Under the pieces are notes generated by a model. That model was not told where the DNA came from and made no database searches. It saw only the letters and a program-made list of their open reading frames with translations. From positions 18,275 through 82,274 of the forward strand of contig PJMG01000005.1 in NCBI GenBank assembly GCA_003173895.1: a stretch of DNA of 64,000 bases. The letters are read 5' to 3'. This stretch comes from Candidatus Levyibacteriota bacterium (GTDB lineage: Bacteria > Patescibacteriota > Microgenomatia > Levybacterales > UBA12049). Of the stretch, positions 39,126 to 49,634 are shown piece after piece. A program made the translations under genes and the position numbers. Positions within the stretch are counted from its first letter, which is position 1. Each line of letters opens with the position of its first letter.

Positions 39126-39230
39126 GGGGTCCTGCCGGTTGTTTCCCTCCCAAGGGTGCTCGCAATGGGGGTAATTCTGATGAATTAAAATGCTGCGCGC
39201 CATCGAGAACCCTTCCACAACCGTCACCCC
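39126..39230 (-). other. GC-rich structured element in the mutL leader (candidate ncRNA or miniature palindromic element)
   Basis: ~105 nt of >55% GC. Long-range pairing ggggt/acccc and ggttgt/acaacc encloses internal stems gggtgctcg/cgagaaccc. Confidence 0.4.
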
Positions 39231-39350
39231 TGAAATTATTTTAATTATTTATAAATATAGTATAAGAAGATGAGAAGTTCAATCAAATCTACTTAGAGAA
39301 AAAGTTTGTTATGTTAATTATATATTAGTTCAAAAGAAAATTAAACTTAT

Positions 39351-41036
39351 TTACTTAAAATAATCTTTGGGTTGAATTTCTACTGCACCGCTGTTAAGTA
39401 ATTTATTTCGCTCCTCTAGGGTCAATCCCTTGACGCCATAAATGTTTGCCCCTTCAAGATTTGTAGCTACACCTCTCCACTTTCCCAAATTCCAGAGGTC
39501 TGTACCCTGAAGATTTGTTCCTTCAAGGTTTGCATTTTGAAGATCTGCTCCTTCAAGATCTGCACCCTGAAGATTTGCATTCTCAAGGATAGTCATCTCA
39601 AGATTTGCTCCCACAAGAATAGTTCTCTCAAGGTCTGCCCCTTCAAGATTTGCATACCTAAATGTAGCACCCGATAGAATAAGATCATTAAATTCGCATT
39701 TCTTCAAATTCAATCCGTCAAAGTGAACACCGGATGCATTAAGAAATTTAATTTGATTATCGTGTCTTAATTCTCCATTTTGTAAGAAAACATCCCTTAT
39801 TTTTGCTGCTGCCTGGAGAAAAACTTGTAAAAATGCTAGATCTACTACATCAGGTTGTTGATTATTAGAGTCAGTAATTATCCTATCTCGAAAATGCTCT
39901 ACAGCTAGGTTAAAAATACGCTGGTGAAATCTTTCATTTCCTTCGTTTTCTAAAAATTGAAGCAGTTGTTTCGCTGCGAATTCTTGAATACTTAAATCAG
40001 TATTTTGTAATGCTTTTACAATTGATTTAAATTGCGCTTCCTTAGATATAGTTTTTTCTTGAATAGGATGTCTTTCTTTCCACTCCTTGACGTACTTTCT
40101 GATCTCACCAGCTAACTTTGTACCTTCAGCAGCTAAAGCTTTGCTGCTTCTGTCTACTGCATAATTAATTCCAACCGATAGCCCTACTGTTATGGCAATA
40201 CCTAAAAGTACATGAGGACTAACTCCTAAAGCTGTTGCTGCAGCAATAGTGAGAGCTTTAAAGATTATCTTTGCGTTTTCATTAAGAACAGGTGTTCCTG
40301 CTTGTACTGCCGTATTCATAACAGTTTCAATAACTGGTTGAACTAATTCTTTTCCAGCAGCAGGTATACCACTTAGATCCATTACGGCTTGGAAAGTAGC
40401 TGCTGTTACTTCAGCGCCTCTTTCTTCCATTTTATCAAAAGCTTCATCTACAGATACTTGTCCTGAAGGGACAATTGATTGATCTAAAGGGACTAAAGCA
40501 GTGGATGTTTCTGAGGATACTTCTGATTCAACTCCTCGTCTGGGAGAAAGTTGAGAAGAAGGCGGTATTTGAGCTTGAGATTCAACAACTGGTGAATTTG
40601 TTTCTGTTGGTATATTTGTTCCCTCAGCTGTCTTAATCTCACTAAACTTCATAGCAGAAAGTACTAAAAGATCTGGACCTAAAAATCCTCCTGGTGTATT
40701 AAAGTGAAGTTGTGGAGAATCAGAAGAAACAGGAATAGTTTTGCCCGAAGATGAAGGAGAGTAGTTTAAATCATTAGGATTAACAACCAGTGGTGTTACT
40801 AAAAGATTTCCTTGATCATCTGAGTGTATCTCTCTAATATCTAAAGTATTCGTTTGTAAATTAAAGCAAGTGACAATTAGACCATCTACATCTTTACCAC
40901 CTAATTCTTTTTTAGTATCAACAATACCGTTATTAGCTGGAGCAATGGCAACTGTTGCATAATCTTTGCCGTTATATTTTATGAGGCTAACTGGTTTTGG
41001 GTCTCTATTGTGAAGAAAACCTTCGATTATATGCAT
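39351..41036 (-). CDS. Pentapeptide-repeat protein with N-terminal TM-containing domain
   Basis: C-terminal tandem A(N/D)LxG repeats (ANLEGADLERTILVGANLEMTILENANLQGADLEGADLQNANLEGTNLQGTDL). Confidence 0.75.
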   Translation of the reverse strand: MHIIEGFLHNRDPKPVSLIKYNGKDYATVAIAPANNGIVDTKKELGGKDVDGLIVTCFNLQTNTLDIREIHSDDQGNLLVTPLVVNPNDLNYSPSSSGKTIPVSSDSPQLHFNTPGGFLGPDLLVLSAMKFSEIKTAEGTNIPTETNSPVVESQAQIPPSSQLSPRRGVESEVSSETSTALVPLDQSIVPSGQVSVDEAFDKMEERGAEVTAATFQAVMDLSGIPAAGKELVQPVIETVMNTAVQAGTPVLNENAKIIFKALTIAAATALGVSPHVLLGIAITVGLSVGINYAVDRSSKALAAEGTKLAGEIRKYVKEWKERHPIQEKTISKEAQFKSIVKALQNTDLSIQEFAAKQLLQFLENEGNERFHQRIFNLAVEHFRDRIITDSNNQQPDVVDLAFLQVFLQAAAKIRDVFLQNGELRHDNQIKFLNASGVHFDGLNLKKCEFNDLILSGATFRYANLEGADLERTILVGANLEMTILENANLQGADLEGADLQNANLEGTNLQGTDLWNLGKWRGVATNLEGANIYGVKGLTLEERNKLLNSGAVEIQPKDYFK

Positions 41037-41053
41037 AATTTATTTAGTGTATC

Positions 41054-41545
41054 TTATGCTGCTTGAGCTGACAAGGGTGAATTAATTGAAACATTTCTTC
41101 TAGCTGAAGCAAACTGTGCGCCTACTGCCATTAATTGCTCTGTTTCTCTTAAATCTTTATTTAGATATTTAGAAATTCTTTCAGGATCTAATATCTGAGA
41201 AGCTCTTCTTAAAATCCTTCTTTGTCTTTCTAATCTCCTTGTCTCTCTTTTATTTTTAGGAACTATTGTTTCTAATTCTTGTTGGCGATAAGCTAAATCA
41301 TCAGCTACTGATCCTTCAAAAAATATTACTGTAGAAAGAGGATTTACTTTATTGCTTGCAACATCTCTAGCTAATGGTTCTAACTGATGGAGTAGGTTTT
41401 CATCTTGATAAAATTTATTTAGTTCTTTACGAACTAATACACCTGCTTTAAAAGTATCTATTACTCCCTTTAAGCCTTTTTCTTTACCTGCTTCTTTTAA
41501 CACTGATACATATGGAGTTTCATGTACGGCTTCTGTTGGTAGCAT
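41054..41545 (-). CDS. Hypothetical protein
   Basis: 163-aa ORF. Confidence 0.45.
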   Translation of the reverse strand: MLPTEAVHETPYVSVLKEAGKEKGLKGVIDTFKAGVLVRKELNKFYQDENLLHQLEPLARDVASNKVNPLSTVIFFEGSVADDLAYRQQELETIVPKNKRETRRLERQRRILRRASQILDPERISKYLNKDLRETEQLMAVGAQFASARRNVSINSPLSAQAA

Positions 41546-41629
41546 GAAGACAATATACCAAAGTTTAAATACAAAAACAAGAGAGTTTATCTCTCTACAG
41601 TGATTTTCAATTTTAGATTGATAAACAGT

Positions 41630-44290
41630 TTAATCTACTTCTAAATATTTTTTATTTTCATCATCTAATAGTCCTAATTTTTCCTTAATTTCTGCGAGTT
41701 TATTTAAAGCCTCTAGCGGTGTTAAATTAGCGATATCTAAATTAGCTAGTTCTTTTTGAATTACATGAAAAAGGATTGTTTGTTGATTTAGTCTATTGTC
41801 ATCCTGGAACGAAGTGATAGGTCGTTTAACTCCCTCCAGAATGACATTGGAACTAGTTCTGATTTCTAATTCGTGTAAAGTTTTTTCCGCATCTTTTATG
41901 ACGCCTTCAGGTAAACCTGCTAGTTTAGCTACTGCTACGCCGAAACTATGCGAAGCTCCTCCTGGTAAGAGCGTATGAAAAAAAACAGGTTGGTCATTAT
42001 GTTCGCTTACACTCATATGAAAATTTTTAATATTAGAATGCTCATTTTCTAATTCTTGAAGTTCATGATAATGAGTTGCGAAAAGTGTCTTAGGTGCAGG
42101 TTTAAGACAGGTGGCTAAAAACTTAGCCACAGATGAAGCTATAGAAATTCCATCATAAGTACTAGTTCCCCGCCCTATTTCATCCATAATTATTAGGCTA
42201 TTTGAGGTCGCATTATTTAAAATATTAGCAGTTTCTACCATCTCTACCATAAAAGTGGAAAGTCCAGAAGTTATATTATCAGCTGCGCCTGAGCGAACAA
42301 ATATTTTATCCACTAACGATAATTTAGCCTGTTTAACAGGTACAAAACAACCAATCTGATTCATGAGTAAAATAATCGCAACTTGTCTTATAAAGACAGA
42401 TTTTCCAGCCATATTAGGACCTGTGATAACCAATAAAGTTTGGGAAATATTATCTAAAGTTACATCATTGGGTACGAATTGCTGATCCATAGGTAATAAT
42501 CTTTCTACTACCGGATGTCGACCTTTTTCGATTTTTATTTCTCCGGAATATAAAATTTTAGGACGAACATAATTATATTTTTGGCTAATATTGGCGAAAT
42601 TAATTAAAATATCTAAAGTAGCAATTCCTACACAAGCTGACTGAATTTGGCTCGTGTAATTTAAAACCAAATCTAAAGTTTGCATAAACAACTTATACTC
42701 TAAGTCATTTACTTTTTCCTGAGCTGAGAGAATAATCTCTTCATGTTTTTTAAGATCATGAGTGATAAATCTTTCACCATTTACTAAAGTTTGCTTTCTC
42801 ATATAATGTTTAGGTACTAAATTAGAATTAGATTTGCTAACCTCTATATAAAAGCCAAAAACCTGATTAAATCTAATCTTTAAAGAAGAAATCCCTGTTC
42901 TTTCTCTTTCCTGTTTCTCAAGTGTTTCAATAAAAGATTTACTGTTATGAATAATGTTTTGTAATTGGTCTAAATCTGGGTTTACTCTTTTTTTAATCAT
43001 TCCCCCATTTCGTACATCAATAGGCGGTTCATCTATAATATTTTTTTCAATTATTTCTATGACTTTTTTAATATCACCGGAAATTAATTTATAAATATTT
43101 TTAAAAATTTCAGCAGTTTGTTCCTTTACTAATTTTTTAATTTCTAAAACTTGAATAATGGAAAGTTTTAAATTTACTAAATCCCTGGCATTGCCGATAT
43201 TAACACTAAGTCTGGATAAAATACGTTCGACATCAGAAACTTCTTTTAAAGTTTCATTTAAATCCTTACGTTTAATATTTTCTTTTATTAATTCTTCCAC
43301 TCCATCATGTCTCTTTAAAATTTCCTCTTTTTCTATTAAAGGCTTTTTAAGCCATTGTTTGAGTAAACGTCCTCCCATCGCAGTTGTTGTTTCATCTAAT
43401 AAATCCAGAAGTGAACCTTTAGTATCGCCTTCTCTTATCGTGGAAAATAATTCCAGATTAATCATCGTAGATCGATCTAACAGTAAAGAATTCTTCTGTT
43501 CGTAAAAAATAATTTTTTTAATATGCGTTAAATGCGCTTTTTGAGTGGTGATTAAATAACCTAAAAGACTACTTGCGACTTGAATTGCTAGTGTTTTTCC
43601 ATCAAGTCCAAAGCTGGAAAGTGTAGAAATTTTAAAATGATTTCTTAAAAAATTATCTGCATCGTTGGTGTAATAATTCCAATCCTTAAAAGGATAAACA
43701 TTAATATTTAATTTTTTTAATAACTTTAATAAATTTCCATCATTGTATAACTCTTCTGGTAAAATACATTCTGTGGGGGAAAGTCGAGTTAACTCATTGA
43801 TTAACCATTCATTTATGTTGCTTACTTCAACTTGTGTAGTTGCAAAATAGCCTGTGGATACATCAGAAACAGCTAAAGCTATGTTATTATCATCAATAAT
43901 TAAACTAATTAAATAATTATTACTTTTTTTCTCTAAGGCTCTTTCATCCATTACAGTTCCGGGTGTTACCACTCTTATAACATCACGTTCTACTAATCCA
44001 CGTTTATTCGGTGGACTTAACTGTTCGCAAATGGCCACTTTATATCCTGCTTTAACGAGTTTAGCCAGATAACTATCTACTGCGTGATAAGGAATTCCAG
44101 CCATAGGAACTTTTCTATCCTTGCCTGCACTTTTATGAGTAAGAGTAATATTTAAAACACGAGATCCTATAAAAGCATCATCCATGAAAAGTTCATAAAA
44201 ATCACCCATGCGGAAAAATAAAAGACAATCTAAATATTTAGCCTTAATTTCACGATATTGTTTAAGAAAAGGGGTAGTAAAATTATCCAT
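41630..44290 (-). CDS. mutS: DNA mismatch repair protein MutS
   Basis: Walker A GPNMAGKSVFIRQ; Walker B LIIMDEIGRGTSTYDG; ...FATHYHEL; 886 aa. Confidence 0.9.
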   Translation of the reverse strand: MDNFTTPFLKQYREIKAKYLDCLLFFRMGDFYELFMDDAFIGSRVLNITLTHKSAGKDRKVPMAGIPYHAVDSYLAKLVKAGYKVAICEQLSPPNKRGLVERDVIRVVTPGTVMDERALEKKSNNYLISLIIDDNNIALAVSDVSTGYFATTQVEVSNINEWLINELTRLSPTECILPEELYNDGNLLKLLKKLNINVYPFKDWNYYTNDADNFLRNHFKISTLSSFGLDGKTLAIQVASSLLGYLITTQKAHLTHIKKIIFYEQKNSLLLDRSTMINLELFSTIREGDTKGSLLDLLDETTTAMGGRLLKQWLKKPLIEKEEILKRHDGVEELIKENIKRKDLNETLKEVSDVERILSRLSVNIGNARDLVNLKLSIIQVLEIKKLVKEQTAEIFKNIYKLISGDIKKVIEIIEKNIIDEPPIDVRNGGMIKKRVNPDLDQLQNIIHNSKSFIETLEKQERERTGISSLKIRFNQVFGFYIEVSKSNSNLVPKHYMRKQTLVNGERFITHDLKKHEEIILSAQEKVNDLEYKLFMQTLDLVLNYTSQIQSACVGIATLDILINFANISQKYNYVRPKILYSGEIKIEKGRHPVVERLLPMDQQFVPNDVTLDNISQTLLVITGPNMAGKSVFIRQVAIILLMNQIGCFVPVKQAKLSLVDKIFVRSGAADNITSGLSTFMVEMVETANILNNATSNSLIIMDEIGRGTSTYDGISIASSVAKFLATCLKPAPKTLFATHYHELQELENEHSNIKNFHMSVSEHNDQPVFFHTLLPGGASHSFGVAVAKLAGLPEGVIKDAEKTLHELEIRTSSNVILEGVKRPITSFQDDNRLNQQTILFHVIQKELANLDIANLTPLEALNKLAEIKEKLGLLDDENKKYLEVD

Positions 44291-44369
44291 TGAAAGTATT
44301 TCTATAATACAAAAGTAGATTAAGATTTACAAATTTAAAAAGCAGATTAGATGTAGTAGAAGATAAACT

Positions 44370-44714
44370 TTAATGAATACTATCATCTCCAATTCCAGTA
44401 CTACTAGGGAGTCCATGAAGATAAGCACGTCTCCGGCCGGTTATAAATGATTCAAAAAGTTCCGGAGGATTAAATTCTAAATAATACACTTTATAAACTG
44501 GAGCTTGTCCTATATTTATAAGGTTATTATTAAATCCATCTGCTATATCCTGCATTAATTGCTGATCTCCAAGTTGCTCCTGTAATCCTCCATAAGCTAC
44601 TACGACAGGTATAGGATTTCCTGCTGAATTAGTTCCGATAGACAGACTAGTATCAATCACTACATGATGTTTTTGTATGAAACCAAATTTCTCTGTAAAA
44701 TCTTCTTTTAGCAT
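44370..44714 (-). CDS. Hypothetical protein
   Basis: 114-aa ORF. Confidence 0.4.
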   Translation of the reverse strand: MLKEDFTEKFGFIQKHHVVIDTSLSIGTNSAGNPIPVVVAYGGLQEQLGDQQLMQDIADGFNNNLINIGQAPVYKVYYLEFNPPELFESFITGRRRAYLHGLPSSTGIGDDSIH

Positions 44715-44782
44715 GATATAAAACTTTACAATATTATTAAGATAATAATCAAGTAAAGTTAATAATTTATCTTTTAAATATC

Positions 44783-45967
44783 CTACTCGTATCTCAATGC
44801 ATCTATAGGACTCATGTTGGCTGCACGTTTCGCAGGATAAATTCCAAAAACCAAGCCAATTATAATAGAAATTATTACAGAACCAATAATGGATAAATAT
44901 GGAGGTGTAAAAGGAACTTTAAGTAAACTAGATGCTATAAGTCCTACCACTATTCCTAGTAAAGTTCCAATAAGTCCACCACTGACTGTTAAAACTACAG
45001 CCTCTATTAAAAACTGAGTTAAAATATTTCCTTCTTTAGCTCCGATAGCTTTTAGAAGACCAATTTCTCTGGTTCTTTCTGTCACAGTAACAAGCATAAT
45101 ATTCATAATTCCAATTCCACCAACTAAAAGCGATATTCCTGCAATTCCCGCCAGAACTGCACTTAAAATTCCTGTAATACTTCCCACTGTTGCCAATAGA
45201 TTCTTAGAAGTAAAAACCGCATATTTACTAATTACTTGAGGATCAGTTACATTATGACGATCTAAAAGTAATTGTTTTACATCTTTAGCCGCGATATCTA
45301 TTTGATTAGGATCTGGAACGTACGCTTCAATAGAATTTAAAGTAGTTCCGCCAGCTATAGATGAGAGTGCTGTAGTGACTGGAATAAAAATCGTAGTATC
45401 TGGATTTCCTGCTATACTACTTCCTTGACTCGGTAATACTCCAATGACATAAAATGATTTATTTCCAATCTGAATCAATTGTCCTACTGGATTTGAATTA
45501 GTACCGAATAAATCCGTTTGAACTTGAGAGCCAATAACTGCTACAGTCGCATAAGAAGTTACATCATCATCAGTAAAAAAGGCACCTAGTGAAGTATTTA
45601 AATTTAAAAGAGTAAAATAAGCGGGTGTTACGCCAGTAATAGAATAGCTAGATGATTGACCATTAGCAGAAACTGTTTTAGTCCTAATTACTTCTTCATC
45701 AATAGTTTGAATTTCAGGCAATTCTTGTTTTATAGCAGTGGCGTCATCTAGTGTTAAGTTAATACCTTGCTCAGATACTATATAAAGTAGATTAGTACCT
45801 AAAGCTGATATTTTAGAAGTAATAGCCGCTGTAGCGCCTTGGGAAATAATAAGTACTAAAGTCACAGCAAATATGCCTATGATTATACCCAACATAGTTA
45901 AAATAGTTCTTAAAATATTAGATTTTAAAGAATTTAATGCTGTTAAAAATATTTCTGCGTAATTCAT
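44783..45967 (-). CDS. ABC transporter permease, FtsX/MacB family
   Basis: N-terminal TM, a large extracytoplasmic domain, then three C-terminal TM helices (FtsX fold). Overlaps the ATPase gene by 4 nt. Confidence 0.8.
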   Translation of the reverse strand: MNYAEIFLTALNSLKSNILRTILTMLGIIIGIFAVTLVLIISQGATAAITSKISALGTNLLYIVSEQGINLTLDDATAIKQELPEIQTIDEEVIRTKTVSANGQSSSYSITGVTPAYFTLLNLNTSLGAFFTDDDVTSYATVAVIGSQVQTDLFGTNSNPVGQLIQIGNKSFYVIGVLPSQGSSIAGNPDTTIFIPVTTALSSIAGGTTLNSIEAYVPDPNQIDIAAKDVKQLLLDRHNVTDPQVISKYAVFTSKNLLATVGSITGILSAVLAGIAGISLLVGGIGIMNIMLVTVTERTREIGLLKAIGAKEGNILTQFLIEAVVLTVSGGLIGTLLGIVVGLIASSLLKVPFTPPYLSIIGSVIISIIIGLVFGIYPAKRAANMSPIDALRYE

Positions 45968-46665
45968 TGTTTATTCTTCTTATCACTAATTATCTCACCA
46001 TCTTTAATTTGTATTACTCTTTTAGCATAAGCTGCAATGTCTGGTTCATGCGTTATAACTACTATAGTATGATTCTGTTTATTTAAATACTGAAAAAAAG
46101 ACATTATTTCATGGGATGTTTTACTATCTAAATTTCCAGTTGGTTCATCAGCTAAAAGAAGAGACGGATTCATAACTAAGGCTCGAGCAATTGCTACTCT
46201 TTGAATTTGTCCACCTGATATTTGATTAGATAAATTATCTGCTTTACTTTCCAAATGGACTAATTTAAGCATTTCCATGGCTCGGTCTCTTCTTTGTTCT
46301 TCCGAAACTTTAGGACCATATAACATTGGTCTTTCTACATTTTTAATTACAGAAGTACGCGCTAATAAATTAAATGATTGAAAAACAAATCCTATTTCTT
46401 TATTCCTAATTTCTGCTAATTGATCTGAAGTAAATTTACTTATATCTACCCCATTTAAAAAATATTTTCCATCAGTTGGAGTATCCAATGCTCCCATAAT
46501 ATGCATGGTAGTAGACTTTCCCGATCCTGAGGGGCCCATAATTGCTACAAATTCGTCTGAATAAATATCTAAGCTAATTCCCTTAAGCGCCACATATTCG
46601 GAATCCCCGGTCTTATATACTTTTTTAATATTCTGAAATGAAATTAGAGGTTTTTGTTTTTGCAT
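45964..46665 (-). CDS. ABC transporter ATP-binding protein (MacB/LolD-type)
   Basis: Walker A GPSGSGKST; signature LSGGQIQRVAIARAL; Walker B LLLADEPTGNLD. Confidence 0.9.
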   Translation of the reverse strand: MQKQKPLISFQNIKKVYKTGDSEYVALKGISLDIYSDEFVAIMGPSGSGKSTTMHIMGALDTPTDGKYFLNGVDISKFTSDQLAEIRNKEIGFVFQSFNLLARTSVIKNVERPMLYGPKVSEEQRRDRAMEMLKLVHLESKADNLSNQISGGQIQRVAIARALVMNPSLLLADEPTGNLDSKTSHEIMSFFQYLNKQNHTIVVITHEPDIAAYAKRVIQIKDGEIISDKKNKQ

Positions 46666-46675
46666 ACATAATTTA

Positions 46676-47944
46676 TTATTGAGCAGGACCGCCTGTTTGA
46701 TTATTAGTTAAAGTAGTATTTCCTAAAATTACTTTAGTACCCGCGTTAATACCTTTTATGACTTCACTTCGTGTAAATCCATGTAAGCCAATAATAACGG
46801 GAATAAATTTAATTTTTTTATTAGTTTCTAATACTTGTAAGGCTTTACCATTTTGGTATGGGACTATAGCTGAATTAGCTACTGTTAAGACATTTTTAGA
46901 TTCAGCAGTGGTAATAGTTAAATTAGCTGTCATGTTAGGCTTAATATTATTATCAGGATTATCTATAATCACAAAAACATTATAGTTTATAACTCCAGCA
47001 TTATTAGTTCCATAACTATCTATTTGATTTACAGTTCCAGTATATGTTTTATTAGGAATTGCACTAAAAATCAAATTAGCTTTTTGATTTAATTTAATTT
47101 TATCTACATCAACTTCACTTACAGCAGTTTCTATAGCAAAACCATTATTATTCCCAATTACCATAACAGGAGTAACATTAACTGTACTGGGAGTAGTAGA
47201 AGTAGACAAATTACTAGATGTAGCACTATTTTGCTGAGCGATAACTTTAGCACCTACCAAACCAATAAGATTAGAAATAATCCCTGTAATGGGTGCTGTT
47301 ACAGTAGAATTTTGAGTAGCTTGATAAGCAAGTGATGCACTATTAAGTGCAGCTTGATCCTGTGCTATAACAGCTTGCTGATTTTTATAGTTAGACTCAG
47401 CAGCTAGCCACGCTGAATTTTCTTCTATATATTTTGGATCAGAAGTATCTGGGTTAGCAGTTCCAGCGTCATTTACAAATGTTTGATTAGCTATAAACAT
47501 TTGGTTTTGAAGCGTATTTAGTTGAGCTTGGGCTGCTAATAAATTACTTTGCGCACTTAAATAATTAGCATAAGCTGCTGCCTGTTCTTGAGCAGTAGCA
47601 GTGCTTCTTACATCAAATAATTTATCTCCAGCATTAACGTTATCTCCATCTTTTACATAAATTTTACTTAAAGAACCAGTAGTTGGTGAATACACATCAG
47701 TTTCACTCCCTGCTATTACATTTCCTGTTTCTGTAACTATTTGGCTAATATTTCCTCGAGCTACAGTATCAAATAAATACTGATTTTTATTTCCTCTGAA
47801 AAAAATGGATTTAATTATAAAAAGTAAAATTAAAATACCTATTATAGCTAAGATTTTTTTAAACCAATTAGCTCGGATAAACCATTTCTTGAAATCGTTT
47901 AATTTTCTAAAGGGGAATAATAAAATATTATTAACTTTACCCAT
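46676..47944 (-). CDS. HlyD/MacA-type periplasmic adaptor (membrane fusion protein)
   Basis: N-terminal TM anchor, lipoyl-like hairpin, coiled coil (AAQAQLNTLQNQ), beta-barrel. Confidence 0.7.
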   Translation of the reverse strand: MGKVNNILLFPFRKLNDFKKWFIRANWFKKILAIIGILILLFIIKSIFFRGNKNQYLFDTVARGNISQIVTETGNVIAGSETDVYSPTTGSLSKIYVKDGDNVNAGDKLFDVRSTATAQEQAAAYANYLSAQSNLLAAQAQLNTLQNQMFIANQTFVNDAGTANPDTSDPKYIEENSAWLAAESNYKNQQAVIAQDQAALNSASLAYQATQNSTVTAPITGIISNLIGLVGAKVIAQQNSATSSNLSTSTTPSTVNVTPVMVIGNNNGFAIETAVSEVDVDKIKLNQKANLIFSAIPNKTYTGTVNQIDSYGTNNAGVINYNVFVIIDNPDNNIKPNMTANLTITTAESKNVLTVANSAIVPYQNGKALQVLETNKKIKFIPVIIGLHGFTRSEVIKGINAGTKVILGNTTLTNNQTGGPAQ

Positions 47945-47993
47945 GAAAGTAATATAATTATATTTTATTTAAAGATTAGAGTCAAAGAAATTA

Positions 47994-49133
47994 TTAACTT
48001 AACATTTGTAATAAAGTTTTAGGATCGCCATTATCATCTATAAATTCAGATCTAGATTCATGCTCTAGTGCCATTTTATTTTGCCCTTTTTTAGTAGGAT
48101 GAATTCCATCTAAATCTTCTTTTTTTAGTAAATTAAATTCATCAATTAAAATAACATTAATACTATCTGGGAAGTCCACATTAAATCTAGAAACAGCACG
48201 AGCCATAGCAATATTAATCCTTTTAGAAAGAATACTCGCTATCTGTTTTTTAAATGGAGAATCAAGTTTAATAGTAAAAGTTGGAATATTTTCCATTCTG
48301 GAAATAAAAGTCACCTCATCTGAAAGACCAATATTAGGTAAGCTTTCCATAACTATATTATTTAGATGAAGGCCATTAACTTTATAATCTAAAATTCTAC
48401 CCAGGAGTAGAAGAATTTTATCTTCATATACTTGGATATTAGAAGTTAGTGCATCTATTAAATTTTCTAAATAGCTAATGTCTTCTTTAGCTAAATCAAT
48501 TTGATTTTTACTTAAAATTTGATTAATTTTCTCTTCGCTATAATTAGAATTAAATAATATTTCAGCTACATCATTTCCGCCTACATCCATAGTTATATCT
48601 GAATTTTGTTCTTCACTTAAGTAGTTAGGAATTGTTTCTAACTGACTAAACGCATCATTTGTAGTAGATCCATCTTCGGCTAAATTTTTAACACTCCAAT
48701 TCCAACTAGGATTCATTCTATTTATATCATTTTTCATTACATCGCTTTCAGAATAATAACCGTCATCTGTAAAACCATGTGCGATACTGTTTCCTATAAC
48801 TATAATTTTATTACCTTTAACTGTTTCAGGAGTATAAGTAGCTTTTGTAGTCTGCTGAGCACATTTATAATTCTCTAAATTATCATTAAAATCTAAAAAT
48901 TCATCAATTTTATTTTTTAAATGTATTTTTTCTCCAAAATTATTAAAGAATCTGCTTGCCCATCTCCAAACGAAATTAGTTGCCGCTTGCTCTAGAAGTG
49001 CGCCAACGGTAACTGTAGCTCCTCCCCATAATAAATCTCTACGCGTAAGTCCATCTTCTTCAGAGCTATTATTCTCTTTTACAATTTTTCTTTCGAATTC
49101 AGCCATAATGCTTAAGAAATTATAGCGCGACAA
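47994..49133 (-). CDS. SGNH/GDSL-family hydrolase
   Basis: Block I IVIGNSIAHG (Ser nucleophile); block III GGNDV; block V DGIHPT (DxxH). Confidence 0.55.
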   Translation of the reverse strand: MSRYNFLSIMAEFERKIVKENNSSEEDGLTRRDLLWGGATVTVGALLEQAATNFVWRWASRFFNNFGEKIHLKNKIDEFLDFNDNLENYKCAQQTTKATYTPETVKGNKIIVIGNSIAHGFTDDGYYSESDVMKNDINRMNPSWNWSVKNLAEDGSTTNDAFSQLETIPNYLSEEQNSDITMDVGGNDVAEILFNSNYSEEKINQILSKNQIDLAKEDISYLENLIDALTSNIQVYEDKILLLLGRILDYKVNGLHLNNIVMESLPNIGLSDEVTFISRMENIPTFTIKLDSPFKKQIASILSKRINIAMARAVSRFNVDFPDSINVILIDEFNLLKKEDLDGIHPTKKGQNKMALEHESRSEFIDDNGDPKTLLQMLS

Positions 49134-49194
49134 GCATTTACGTCAAGTAAGAATTTTACAAATCTTTTACCTTATGCTATCCTAGCCAATTGAT

Positions 49195-49632
49195 ATGGGA
49201 GAAGTGATCAATCTTAGCGAATATAGACGCGAAAAAGAAACACAAAATATCATTACTCAATTCTTGGAAAGTAAAATAGATCTTTATCAGACTGTTAATT
49301 ATTTTAACGATTATTGTATTGATGAATTAAATTTTGATCCAAGTGTCACTCTGGGTGATAACAATTCATCCCTAGATGCATTAGATAGAGTTTATACATT
49401 TGAATTCAGAGAAAATACGGAACATCAATTTTTTCTCAGTATTTTTAGTAAGTTACTAAAAGGACAATTAGATATTCAGAATGGTCCTATAGTGGTTGAT
49501 AAACTTTTACAAGGTTTTGGAGAAATTTATTGGCAACCACAAGTTAGATTCCAAATAATTGATAGATTAGATAAAACAGGTTATCAACGAATAACTAAAG
49601 TTACATTTCAAGAAATGCCCACAACATCTTAA
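49195..49632 (+). CDS. Hypothetical protein
   Basis: 145-aa ORF. Confidence 0.4.
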   Translation: MGEVINLSEYRREKETQNIITQFLESKIDLYQTVNYFNDYCIDELNFDPSVTLGDNNSSLDALDRVYTFEFRENTEHQFFLSIFSKLLKGQLDIQNGPIVVDKLLQGFGEIYWQPQVRFQIIDRLDKTGYQRITKVTFQEMPTTS

Positions 49633-49634
49633 TA

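Noticed and set aside
39126-39230. Considered that the GC-rich mutL-leader element might be SRP (4.5S) or 6S RNA
   Set aside because: It lacks the SRP domain IV GGAAGGAAGCAGC / GNRA features, and its size and structure do not fit 6S. Left as an unassigned structured element.
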